DNA of 64,000 bases, from contig CP000069.1 in the NCBI GenBank assembly GCA_000002445.1, forward strand, positions 288,001 through 352,000, written 5' to 3'. Every line of letters starts with the position of its first letter. Position 1 is the stretch's first letter. The DNA is from Trypanosoma brucei. Lineage: Eukaryota. The notes under the pieces are model-generated. The model did not search any database and had not been told where the DNA came from. It worked only from the letters and a program-made list of their open reading frames with translations. The position numbers and the translations under genes were made by a program. Below, in pieces: positions 31,912-42,271 of this stretch.

Positions 31912-31925
31912 CCATCGGCCGATGG
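31912..31925 (+). promoter_or_regulatory. A 14-bp perfect palindrome CCATCGGCCGATGG about 85 nt downstream of the cyclase stop codon. It recurs at 36671, 41425 and 46179. It is a candidate 3'UTR stem-loop.
   Basis: I read it directly. It is present in the four full spacers and absent after copy 5, where the 3' flank is unique. Confidence 0.45.
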
Positions 31926-32763
31926 CTCGCAATGTAAATGAATGTTATATGCATTAATAGTGCCAGCGTTTAGTGACGTTCATGCTTATTTCAACAATAT
32001 GTTTATTTTTTTTTAACTCTTGTTTTTATTTTCTTACATATCAAATCTTCCAGTGGTAATTCTTCCCTTGTATGCCAACAGGAGTGCGTAGACCTGCATT
32101 ATCTTTTAAAAAATACATATTACCTTCTTACGTGTTAACTTTGTGAAACATAACCTATGCGACATGATCTTTTCGAATGGTGGATATGCAAATGACTCTG
32201 CCCCAATGCCATGTGTCATGCTGTCCAGCACTCAGTGTTGGTGGTGACTTTATGAGCACCGCTTTAACTATTGTTTGGCAGTGCATTCCTTGTTTTTATG
32301 AAGTCAGGTTGATGCGCAGTGGTTGCCGTTATTTCTTTCCTTTGTAAATATACATAAATATATGCATATTTCAGTATTTAAATACGTATGCTTACCTTGT
32401 TTGAGGTTCTATCATATTTGAAAAACATTTTTTTTATTTTTGTTTTGTCTACCTCACTTTAATGCTATATTTATCCACTACGGCACAGCAGGTGGCACCT
32501 TCCTCACACAGTCCCATGGAGGTTTATTTGCGATTGCCCAGGAAGTGGAACAGGAGGGGGAATATGGGAGTTAGGCGATGCGTCACAATTGCACTTTGCC
32601 GCTCTTACGGTGAGTTAACCGAATATTCTTTCGTGTGTGAACCGTAGTATTTCCACCCTCCCAGGGTTGAGGGTTTAATATTTTGATTATGTCGCGATTG
32701 GTGACTTTCTATTTCTGTCCAATACGTCGCCGGGCATGATCTGCATATGTATTAAGCGCGCCG

Positions 32764-35700
32764 ATGCCACTTTACTGGTTTCTATTTTCCCTCTTTGATG
32801 TTCTTCTCGAAGACACAAGATTTCACATACGAATAATACCACACATTCCCGAAAATATGTGCCGGCAGGAAGGTGGCGGCAGAGGATGTGTGTACCCTCA
32901 TGGAAACTGCAGGCGGAACCTTACCGCAAGGAGCCCTGCAAGGCGTTACAGCATGTACAAGCACTCACCTGTCATTACTGCTATGTCACTGCTACACTTG
33001 TTGCCTTTGCTACTCATGTGGATGCCACCTGTGTGCGCGGATGACAGTGCTGTGACGGTAAATGTGCTATCCATGATGTACAATTCGGAATATTACGTTG
33101 AGAAAGTGAACGCCATCAATGCCGGCTTTGACGCATCACTGAGTGCCCACGGTTGGAAGACGGGCTCCGGTGCGACAATATCTGTCATCCGTCCCCCATC
33201 GTACAACACCACAGCTGAGGACATATTTCAGCTGGGGGCGAAACAAAGTGAAGGGAAGTTATTAGTTGTATTTGGGCCCCTGGGTACTGACCCTGTCGTT
33301 TGGGTTCGTGATAAACTAAAGGAAAATGATCTTGTTGCCATCGCTCCTATTGCGTACTCCGGTGAGGTCCGTGGTTGGAACCCTCACCTCTATTCAATAA
33401 GTGTCGAACCCGATGCTGAGCTCCTCGCCCTCATTCGATACGCTGTTGTTTATCTGGGTCTGCCGCGTGTAGGTTTGATGTATGCGAAGGGTAATGGGTT
33501 TGACAAGGAGTCATATGAGTTTACCATGCGAATAATGGAAATGATGGGCCGCAAGCCATGTGGAGTGTTCGCTGTGGAGAGCAGTGGGGGTCGGGACGTC
33601 TTGGAGGGTGAATTGAATACCAAGTGGGGGCAATTTGTTGCTGCACGTCCGCAGGCTGTACTGCTATTTTCGTCAATCGCGGATGATACCACCGGGTGGT
33701 TTGTCAAGAAGATAGCACAGGACAACCGCACTGTGGACATGTACCTGCTCGCCCCTTCCAGTTTTCAACATTTTCTGATCAAAACATGGAGCGATGCGCT
33801 GGTGTCACTTAATCGTACGTTCACTCCTGGACAGCTGATCACAACTGGAACAGTGCCACTCGCTAGTGACAATCGGTCCTCGATGGTTCGGCACTTCCAG
33901 CGTGACATGGACAATTACCTGGATACAAACAGTGACTGGAAGGGCTTTGCGAAACCTGAACATTACCTTAAGGACGACAAATTAGGGGAGATGATGGTGT
34001 TTGGATGGCTTGCGGGAGAAGTTCTGTTTGAGGCCCTAAACAACGCTCCACAACTGACAAACCGTACTTCATTCATGGAATCTCTGTACAAGCAGCGTCG
34101 CTACGTGATTGATGACTTTGTGGTTGGTGACTTTGGTGGTGAGTGCGATGAGGGCGCTGCATTACAGGGTGCCATGTGTAATTGCAATCAAGGTGGCAGC
34201 ATGGCGCATATGAGAGTTGTTGTCAACAGCCTCAGTTTGAAGCCTATGAACAGCGCCTCTGTGACGTGGAGTGTATCGGAGTGCTCAAGTGCTAATGTGC
34301 AGGTGAGCGCACCGTTAATCGGACTGTATGTAGTCCTTACGGATGATAAAGTTGCACAACGTGCGAGCATGAGGTGGTCGTTGGGCGCTCGGAGCCTCGA
34401 GGAAGCGGATGATGTTGATAAGAGAATATTTTTTTACCCACTATACGCAGAGTCAGGAAATGCAGCGAAGACTTTTGAAAAAATTCGTGACACGAAGGCT
34501 GTAGCTGCAGTTCTTGGTGTTGTTACCGCTGATATTCTGAGCGTGCCGAATATGACTTTCATTGGCCCTATTCCATTGTCCCCCCGGTTGAACAAGTTCT
34601 GGAGAAACGTGATCCATCTGCAACCGCTACTTGCGCAGCAGCTATATGTGCTTGCTGTATACCTCTCCAACACCTCTTCCTTGGGAGTGAAGGCGCTGGT
34701 TCGGTGGAGTGAAGCATCTGAGGTTGTAGACACGCTTGATAAGTCATTGGTTACGTTTGGTGTGTCGCTTGATTCCAGTAAGACACTTGGTGATGGTGAC
34801 CCGATATCGTCATATCTCTCGGGTAATGGAGATGTGTTTTGTATTGGACTCACTCCCCCTGACGTTGCTGCGGTTGCGCGGCACCTTCAGACCCACCTCA
34901 GGGCCCGTGTATTCGTTGGGTTCGGTGACATTTTGTTGTTTTACCAGGAGTTTGTGGCTGCATTTAATGCGAGTAAAGAGTCTATTGCCAGCTCAGAGCG
35001 GCTCCTATTCGCGACGAGTTTCCCACACTGGGCAAAGAAGAACACGAAATCAGATATGGTTGCGAGATTTCATCGCCATGTAAATGAATCGCATTGGGAT
35101 CCACTAACGTTCCTGGGCTTTGCTACCACTCGGCTGCTTCAGGTTGTTATCTCCAATATGAGGAAGGTGAATGCAGAGCTGCTGGCAGACCGCATTTACA
35201 CGGAGTCCAACATCAGAGTGGATGACGTGCGATTTGGACCCTTCAGTGATGCGGAATGTGTTTCTGGTACGAGTGTTTCGGCAAATGAGTGTGCCTCAAA
35301 CTTTGGAGCCACAAACATTTCTGTATGGTCGATGGCGCGTGTGCTGAATTCAAGCTTGCCCAGGACACAGGTTGGGATGACACCGTCTATGGACTATGTT
35401 ATTCCGCAAGAGGGTCAACTCACACAGTCACAGATAGCTGGAATAATTTCTGGGTGTGTATCCGCCTTGTTATTATTTATTGCCCTTGGTGTGTTCCTAC
35501 ACATCTCCCTGCGGAACGCTCGTAACAACAACCGTGCAGCCAAGGAACCAACGGACCCCGTGACACTAATATTTACTGACATTGAGAGCAGCACTGCGTT
35601 GTGGGCTGCACACCCTGATCTGATGCCCGATGCCGTCGCCGCGCATCATCGTATGGTCCGTTCACTGATTGGGAGGTATAAGTGCTACGAAGTTAAAACT

Positions 35701-36588
35701 GTTGGGGATTCGTTCATGATAGCGAGTAAGAGTCCTTTCGCTGCCGTCCAACTCGCACAGGAACTACAGCTGTGTTTCTTGCATCATGACTGGGGAACAA
35801 ATGCACTTGATGATTCTTACCGTGAGTTTGAGGAGCAGCGTGCGGAGGGAGAATGTGAGTACACACCACCAACCGCGCATATGGATCCTGAAGTGTACAG
35901 TCGTTTGTGGAATGGCCTGCGTGTACGTGTTGGAATCCACACCGGGTTGTGCGACATCCGACACGATGAAGTGACGAAGGGATATGACTACTATGGGCGG
36001 ACTCCAAACATGGCAGCAAGGACGGAGAGTGTAGCAAATGGTGGTCAGGTGCTGATGACGCATGCGGCGTACCTGTCACTGTCAGCTGAGGAGCGTGAGC
36101 AAATTGATGTCACTGCACTTGGTGCTGTCGCACTTCGCGGTGTGAGTGATCCGGTTAAGATGTACCAGCTGAATACCGTGCCTAGTCGTAACTTTGCTGC
36201 ATTGCGGCTGGACCGCGAATACTTTTTTGATGAGGGCGAGGATGGCACGACAACCTCCACAAGCGACCACAGTTCTTCACGTGCGGAGCTGAGTGAATCA
36301 GCTCAGATAATTGCAACTGCACTACAGTCGCTGTTAAGCACGTTCAAGACAGCGCATCGTGAGAAGTTGTTGCTGCCGTATTGTGAGCGTTGGCGTGTGC
36401 CTCTTCCCCGTAAAGCTGCATCCGAGTGGGATGACGCCTACTGTGAGGAAGTGGTGCGTCGCATTGCGGTTAAGGTTGGGCGCGTCGCTGACCATGGCGC
36501 TCATAGTGGAAGTGAGTCGTCAAGTACGCAAGGCAGTTCATCAATTATTATCGTCCCCTTTTACGACATGCACCTTCAGGAATACTAA
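32764..36588 (+). CDS. GRESAG4: Receptor-type adenylate cyclase, GRESAG4 family, copy 2.
   Basis: It is about 98% identical to copy 1. It carries the alternative ectodomain cassette VVNSLSLKPMNSAS...FFYPLYAESGNAAKTFEKI and the unique substitution VFVGFGDILLFY. Confidence 0.9.
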   Translation: MPLYWFLFSLFDVLLEDTRFHIRIIPHIPENMCRQEGGGRGCVYPHGNCRRNLTARSPARRYSMYKHSPVITAMSLLHLLPLLLMWMPPVCADDSAVTVNVLSMMYNSEYYVEKVNAINAGFDASLSAHGWKTGSGATISVIRPPSYNTTAEDIFQLGAKQSEGKLLVVFGPLGTDPVVWVRDKLKENDLVAIAPIAYSGEVRGWNPHLYSISVEPDAELLALIRYAVVYLGLPRVGLMYAKGNGFDKESYEFTMRIMEMMGRKPCGVFAVESSGGRDVLEGELNTKWGQFVAARPQAVLLFSSIADDTTGWFVKKIAQDNRTVDMYLLAPSSFQHFLIKTWSDALVSLNRTFTPGQLITTGTVPLASDNRSSMVRHFQRDMDNYLDTNSDWKGFAKPEHYLKDDKLGEMMVFGWLAGEVLFEALNNAPQLTNRTSFMESLYKQRRYVIDDFVVGDFGGECDEGAALQGAMCNCNQGGSMAHMRVVVNSLSLKPMNSASVTWSVSECSSANVQVSAPLIGLYVVLTDDKVAQRASMRWSLGARSLEEADDVDKRIFFYPLYAESGNAAKTFEKIRDTKAVAAVLGVVTADILSVPNMTFIGPIPLSPRLNKFWRNVIHLQPLLAQQLYVLAVYLSNTSSLGVKALVRWSEASEVVDTLDKSLVTFGVSLDSSKTLGDGDPISSYLSGNGDVFCIGLTPPDVAAVARHLQTHLRARVFVGFGDILLFYQEFVAAFNASKESIASSERLLFATSFPHWAKKNTKSDMVARFHRHVNESHWDPLTFLGFATTRLLQVVISNMRKVNAELLADRIYTESNIRVDDVRFGPFSDAECVSGTSVSANECASNFGATNISVWSMARVLNSSLPRTQVGMTPSMDYVIPQEGQLTQSQIAGIISGCVSALLLFIALGVFLHISLRNARNNNRAAKEPTDPVTLIFTDIESSTALWAAHPDLMPDAVAAHHRMVRSLIGRYKCYEVKTVGDSFMIASKSPFAAVQLAQELQLCFLHHDWGTNALDDSYREFEEQRAEGECEYTPPTAHMDPEVYSRLWNGLRVRVGIHTGLCDIRHDEVTKGYDYYGRTPNMAARTESVANGGQVLMTHAAYLSLSAEEREQIDVTALGAVALRGVSDPVKMYQLNTVPSRNFAALRLDREYFFDEGEDGTTTSTSDHSSSRAELSESAQIIATALQSLLSTFKTAHREKLLLPYCERWRVPLPRKAASEWDDAYCEEVVRRIAVKVGRVADHGAHSGSESSSTQGSSSIIIVPFYDMHLQEY

Positions 36589-37517
36589 CCTTGTCATTGA
36601 TGATATTCGTAGAGTAGCAGTAACACACCGGATTTCTGTTGGGTCGCCATTATTACGATGAAGCCGTTGCCCATCGGCCGATGGCTCGCAATGTAAATGA
36701 ATGTTATATGCATTAATAGTGCCAGCGTTTAGTGACGTTCATGCTTATTTCAACAATATGTTTATTTTTTTTTAACTCTTGTTTTTATTTTCTTACATAT
36801 CAAATCTTCCAGTGGTAATTCTTCCCTTGTATGCCAACAGGAGTGCGTAGACCTGCATTATCTTTTAAAAAATACATATTACCTTCTTACGTGTTAACTT
36901 TGTGAAACATAACCTATGCGACATGATCTTTTCGAATGGTGGATATGCAAATGACTCTGCCCCAATGCCATGTGTCATGCTGTCCAGCACTCAGTGTTGG
37001 TGGTGACTTTATGAGCACCGCTTTAACTATTGTTTGGCAGTGCATTCCTTGTTTTTATGAAGTCAGGTTGATGCGCAGTGGTTGTCGTTATTTCTTTCCC
37101 TCATATATATACGCATGTGCATATTTCAGTATTTAAATACGTATGCTTACCTTGTTTGAGGTTCTATCATATTTGAAAAACATTTTTTTATTTTTGTTTT
37201 GTCTACCTCACTTTAATGCTATATTTATCCACTACGGCACAGCAGGTGGCACCTTCCTCACACAGTCCCATGGAGGTTTATTTGCGATTGCCCAGGAGGT
37301 GGAACAGGAGGGGGAATATGGGAGTTAGGCGATGCGTCACAATTGCACTTTGCCGCTCTTACGGTGAGTTAACCGAATATTCTTTCGTGTGTGAACCGTA
37401 GTATTTCCACCCTCCCAGGGTTGAGGGTTTAATATTTTGATTATGTCGCGATTGGTGACTTTCTATTTCTGTCCAATACGTCGCCGGGCATGATCTGCAT
37501 ATGTATTAAGCGCGCCG

Positions 37518-40500
37518 ATGCCACTTTACTGGTTTCTATTTTCCCTCTTTGATATTCTTCTCGAAGACACAAGATTTCACATACGAATAATACCACACAT
37601 TACCGAAAATATGTGCCGGCAGGAAGGTGGCGGCAGAGGATGTGTGTACCCTCATGGAAACTGCAGGCGGAACCTTACCGCAAGGAGCCCTGCAAGGCGT
37701 TACAGCATGTACAAGCACTCACCTGTCATTACTGCTATGTCACTGCTACACTTGTTGCCTTTGCTACTCATGTGGATGCCACCTGTGTGCGCGGATGACA
37801 GTGCTGTGACGGTAAATGTGCTATCCATGATGTACAATTCGGAATATTACGTTGAGAAAGTGAACGCCATCAATGCCGGCTTTGACGCATCACTGAGTGC
37901 CCACGGTTGGAAGACGGGCTCCGGTGCGACAATATCTGTCATCCGTCCCCCATCGTACAACACCACAGCTGAGGACATATTTCAGCTGGGGGCGAAACAA
38001 AGTGAAGGGAAGTTATTAGTTGTATTTGGGCCCCTGGGTACTGACCCTGTCGTTTGGGTTCGTGATAAACTAAAGGAAAATGATCTTGTTGCCATCGCTC
38101 CTATTGCGTACTCCGGTGAGGTCCGTGGTTGGAACCCTCACCTCTATTCAATAAGTGTCGAACCCGATGCTGAGCTCCTCGCCCTCATTCGATACGCTGT
38201 TGTTTATCTGGGTCTGCCGCGTGTAGGTTTGATGTATGCGAAGGGTAATGGGTTTGACAAGGAGTCATATGAGTTTACCATGCGAATAATGGAAATGATG
38301 GGCCGCAAGCCATGTGGAGTGTTCGCTGTGGAGAGCAGTGGGGGTCGGGACGTCTTGGAGGGTGAATTGAATACCAAGTGGGGGCAATTTGTTGCTACAC
38401 GTCCGCAGGCTGTACTGCTATTTTCGTCAATCGCGGATGATACCACCGGGTGGTTTGTCAAGAAGATAGCACAGGACAACCGCACTGTGGACATGTACCT
38501 GCTCGCCCCTTCCAGTTTTCAACATTTTCTGATCAAAACATGGAGCGATGCGCTGGTGTCACTTAATCGTACGTTCACTCCTGGACAGCTGATCACAACT
38601 GGAACAGTGCCACTCGCTAGTGACAATCGGTCCTCGATGGTTCGGCACTTCCAGCGTGACATGGACAATTACCTGGATACAAACAGTGACTGGAAGGGCT
38701 TTGCGAAACCTGAACATTACCTTAAGGACGACAAATTAGGGGAGATGATGGTGTTTGGATGGCTTGCGGGAGAAGTTCTGTTTGAGGCCCTAAACAACGC
38801 TCCACAACTGACAAACCGTACTTCATTCATGGAATCTCTGTACAAGCAGCGTCGCTACGTGATTGATGACTTTGTGGTTGGTGACTTTGGTGGTGAGTGC
38901 GATGAGGGCGCTGCATTACAGGGTGCCATGTGTAATTGCAATCAAGGTGGCAGCATGGCGCATATGAGAGTTGTTGTCAACAGCCTCAGTTTGAAGCCTA
39001 TGAACAGCGCCTCTGTGACGTGGAGTGTATCGGAGTGCTCAAGTGCTAATGTGCAGGTGAGCGCACCGTTAATCGGACTGTATGTAGTCCTTACGGATGA
39101 TAAAGTTGCACAACGTGCGAGCATGAGGTGGTCGTTGGGCGCTCGGAGCCTCGAGGAAGCGGATGATGTTGATAAGAGAATATTTTTTTACCCACTATAC
39201 GCAGAGTCAGGAAATGCAGCGAAGACTTTTGAAAAAATTCGTGACACGAAGGCTGTAGCTGCAGTTCTTGGTGTTGTTACCGCTGATATTCTGAGCGTGC
39301 CGAATATGACTTTCATTGGCCCTATTCCACTGTTCCCCCGGTTGAACAAGTTCTGGAGAAACGTGATCCATCTGCAACCGCTACTTGCGCAGCAGCTATA
39401 TGTGCTTGCTGTATACCTCTCCAACACCTCTTCCTTGGGAGTGAAGGCGCTTGTTCGCGGGGGTGAAGCATCTGAGGTTGTAGACACGCTTGATAAGTCA
39501 TTGGTTACGTTTGGTGTGTCGCTTGATTCCAGTAAGACACTTGGTGATGGTGACCCGATATCGTCATATCTCTCGGGTAATGGAGATGTGTTTTGTATTG
39601 GACTCACTCCCCCTGACGTTGCTGCGGTTGCGCGGCACCTTCAGACCCACCTCAGGGCCCGTGTATTCGTTCCATTCAATGACATTTTGTTGTTTTACCA
39701 GGAGTTTGTGGTTGCGTTTAATGCGAGTAAAGAGTCTATTGCCAGCTCAGAGCGGCTCCTATTCGCGACGAGTTTCCCACACTGGGCGGAGAAGAACACG
39801 AAATCAGATATGGTTGCGAGATTTCATCGCCATGTAAATGAATCGCATTGGGATCCACTAACGTTCCTGGGCTTTGCTACCACTCGGCTGCTTCAGGTTG
39901 TTATCTCCAATATGAAGAAAGTGAATGCAGAGCTGCTGGCAGACCGCATTTACACGGAGTCCAACATCAGAGTGGATGACGTGCGATTTGGACCCTTCAG
40001 TGATGCGGAATGTGTTTCTGGTACGAGTGTTTCGGCAAATGAGTGTGCCTCAAACTTTGGAGCCACAAACATTTCTGTATGGTCGATGGCGCGTGTGCTG
40101 AATTCAAGCTTGCCCAGGACACAGGTTGGGATGACACCGTCTATGGACTATGTTATTCCGCAAGAGGGTCAACTCACACAGTCACAGATAGCTGGAATAA
40201 TTTCTGGGTGTGTATCCGCCTTGTTATTATTTATTGCCCTTGGTGTGTTCCTACACATCTCCCTGCGGAACGCTCGTAACAACAACCGTGCACCCAAGGA
40301 GCCAACGGACCCCGTGACACTAATATTTACTGACATTGAGAGCAGCACTGCGTTGTGGGCTGCACACCCTGATCTGATGCCCGATGCCGTCGCCGCGCAT
40401 CATCGTATGGTCCGTTCACTGATTGGGAGGTATAAGTGCTACGAAGTTAAAACTGTTGGGGATTCGTTCATGATAGCGAGTAAGAGTCCTTTCGCTGCCG

Positions 40501-41342
40501 TCCAACTCGCACAGGAATTACAGCTGTGTTTCTTGCATCATGACTGGGGAACAAATGCAGTTGATGATTCTTACCGTGAGTTTGAGGAGCAGCGTGCGGA
40601 GGGAGAATGTGAGTACACACCACCAACCGCGCATATGGATCCTGAAGTGTACAGTCGTTTGTGGAATGGCCTGCGTGTACGTGTTGGAATCCACACCGGG
40701 TTGTGCGACATCCGACACGATGAAGTGACGAAGGGATATGACTACTATGGGCGGACTCCAAACATGGCAGCAAGGACGGAGAGTGTAGCAAATGGTGGTC
40801 AGGTGCTGATGACGCATGCGGCGTACATGTCGCTGTCAGCTGAGGATCGTAAGCAAATTGATGTCACTGCACTTGGTGCTGTCGCACTTCGCGGTGTGAG
40901 TGATCCGGTTAAGATGTACCAGCTGAATACCGTGCCTAGTCGTAACTTTGCTGCATTGCGGCTGGACCGCGAATACTTTTTTGATGAGGGCGAGGATGGC
41001 ACGACAACCTCCACAAGCGACCACAGTTCTTCACGTGCGGAGCTGAGTGAATCAGCTCAGATAATTGCAACTGCACTACAGTCGCTGTTAAGCACGTTCA
41101 AGACAGCGCATCGTGAGAAGTTGTTGCTGCCGTATTGTGAGCGTTGGCGTGTGCCTCTTCCCCGTAAAGCTGCATCCGAGTGGGATGACGCCTACTGTGA
41201 GGAAGTGGTGCGTCGCATTGCGGTTAAGGTTGGGCGCGTCGCTGACCATGGCGCTCATAGTGGAAGTGAGTCTTCAAGTACGCAAGGCAGTTCATCAATT
41301 ATTATCGTCCCCTTTTACGACATGCACCTTCAGGAATACTAA
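37518..41342 (+). CDS. GRESAG4: Receptor-type adenylate cyclase, GRESAG4 family, copy 3.
   Basis: It has the same architecture. It carries the cassette-B ectodomain and has VAFNAS and WAEKNTK. Confidence 0.9.
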   Translation: MPLYWFLFSLFDILLEDTRFHIRIIPHITENMCRQEGGGRGCVYPHGNCRRNLTARSPARRYSMYKHSPVITAMSLLHLLPLLLMWMPPVCADDSAVTVNVLSMMYNSEYYVEKVNAINAGFDASLSAHGWKTGSGATISVIRPPSYNTTAEDIFQLGAKQSEGKLLVVFGPLGTDPVVWVRDKLKENDLVAIAPIAYSGEVRGWNPHLYSISVEPDAELLALIRYAVVYLGLPRVGLMYAKGNGFDKESYEFTMRIMEMMGRKPCGVFAVESSGGRDVLEGELNTKWGQFVATRPQAVLLFSSIADDTTGWFVKKIAQDNRTVDMYLLAPSSFQHFLIKTWSDALVSLNRTFTPGQLITTGTVPLASDNRSSMVRHFQRDMDNYLDTNSDWKGFAKPEHYLKDDKLGEMMVFGWLAGEVLFEALNNAPQLTNRTSFMESLYKQRRYVIDDFVVGDFGGECDEGAALQGAMCNCNQGGSMAHMRVVVNSLSLKPMNSASVTWSVSECSSANVQVSAPLIGLYVVLTDDKVAQRASMRWSLGARSLEEADDVDKRIFFYPLYAESGNAAKTFEKIRDTKAVAAVLGVVTADILSVPNMTFIGPIPLFPRLNKFWRNVIHLQPLLAQQLYVLAVYLSNTSSLGVKALVRGGEASEVVDTLDKSLVTFGVSLDSSKTLGDGDPISSYLSGNGDVFCIGLTPPDVAAVARHLQTHLRARVFVPFNDILLFYQEFVVAFNASKESIASSERLLFATSFPHWAEKNTKSDMVARFHRHVNESHWDPLTFLGFATTRLLQVVISNMKKVNAELLADRIYTESNIRVDDVRFGPFSDAECVSGTSVSANECASNFGATNISVWSMARVLNSSLPRTQVGMTPSMDYVIPQEGQLTQSQIAGIISGCVSALLLFIALGVFLHISLRNARNNNRAPKEPTDPVTLIFTDIESSTALWAAHPDLMPDAVAAHHRMVRSLIGRYKCYEVKTVGDSFMIASKSPFAAVQLAQELQLCFLHHDWGTNAVDDSYREFEEQRAEGECEYTPPTAHMDPEVYSRLWNGLRVRVGIHTGLCDIRHDEVTKGYDYYGRTPNMAARTESVANGGQVLMTHAAYMSLSAEDRKQIDVTALGAVALRGVSDPVKMYQLNTVPSRNFAALRLDREYFFDEGEDGTTTSTSDHSSSRAELSESAQIIATALQSLLSTFKTAHREKLLLPYCERWRVPLPRKAASEWDDAYCEEVVRRIAVKVGRVADHGAHSGSESSSTQGSSSIIIVPFYDMHLQEY

Positions 41343-42271
41343 CCTTGTCATTGATGATATTCGTAGAGTAGCAGTAACACACCGGATTTCTGTTGGGTCG
41401 CCATTATTACGATGAAGCCGTTGCCCATCGGCCGATGGCTCGCAATGTAAATGAATGTTATATGCATTAATAGTGCCAGCGTTTAGTGACGTTCATGCTT
41501 ATTTCAACAATATGTTTATTTTTTTTTAACTCTTGTTTTTATTTTCTTACATATCAAATCTTCCAGTGGTAATTCTTCCCTTGTATGCCAACAGGAGTGC
41601 GTAGACCTGCATTATCTTTTAAAAAATACATATTACCTTCTTACGTGTTAACTTTGTGAAACATAACCTATGCGACATGATCTTTTCGAATGGTGGATAT
41701 GCAAATGACTCTGCCCCAATGCCATGTGTCATGCTGTCCAGCACTCAGTGTTGGTGGTGACTTTATGAGCACCGCTTTAACTATTGTTTGGCAGTGCATT
41801 CCTTGTTTTTATGAAGTCAGGTTGATGCGCAGTGGTTGTCGTTATTTCTTTCCCTCATATATATACGCATGTGCATATTTCAGTATTTAAATACGTATGC
41901 TTACCTTGTTTGAGGTTCTATCATATTTGAAAAACATTTTTTTATTTTTGTTTTGTCTACCTCACTTTAATGCTATATTTATCCACTACGGCACAGCAGG
42001 TGGCACCTTCCTCACACAGTCCCATGGAGGTTTATTTGCGATTGCCCAGGAAGTGGAACAGGAGGGGGAATATGGGAGTTAGGCGATGCGTCACAATTGC
42101 ACTTTGCCGCTCTTACGGTGAGTTAACCGAATATTCTTTCGTGTGTGAACCGTAGTATTTCCACCCTCCCAGGGTTGAGGGTTTAATATTTTGATTATGT
42201 CGCGATTGGTGACTTTCTATTTCTGTCCAATACGTCGCCGGGCATGATCTGCATATGTATTAAGCGCGCCG

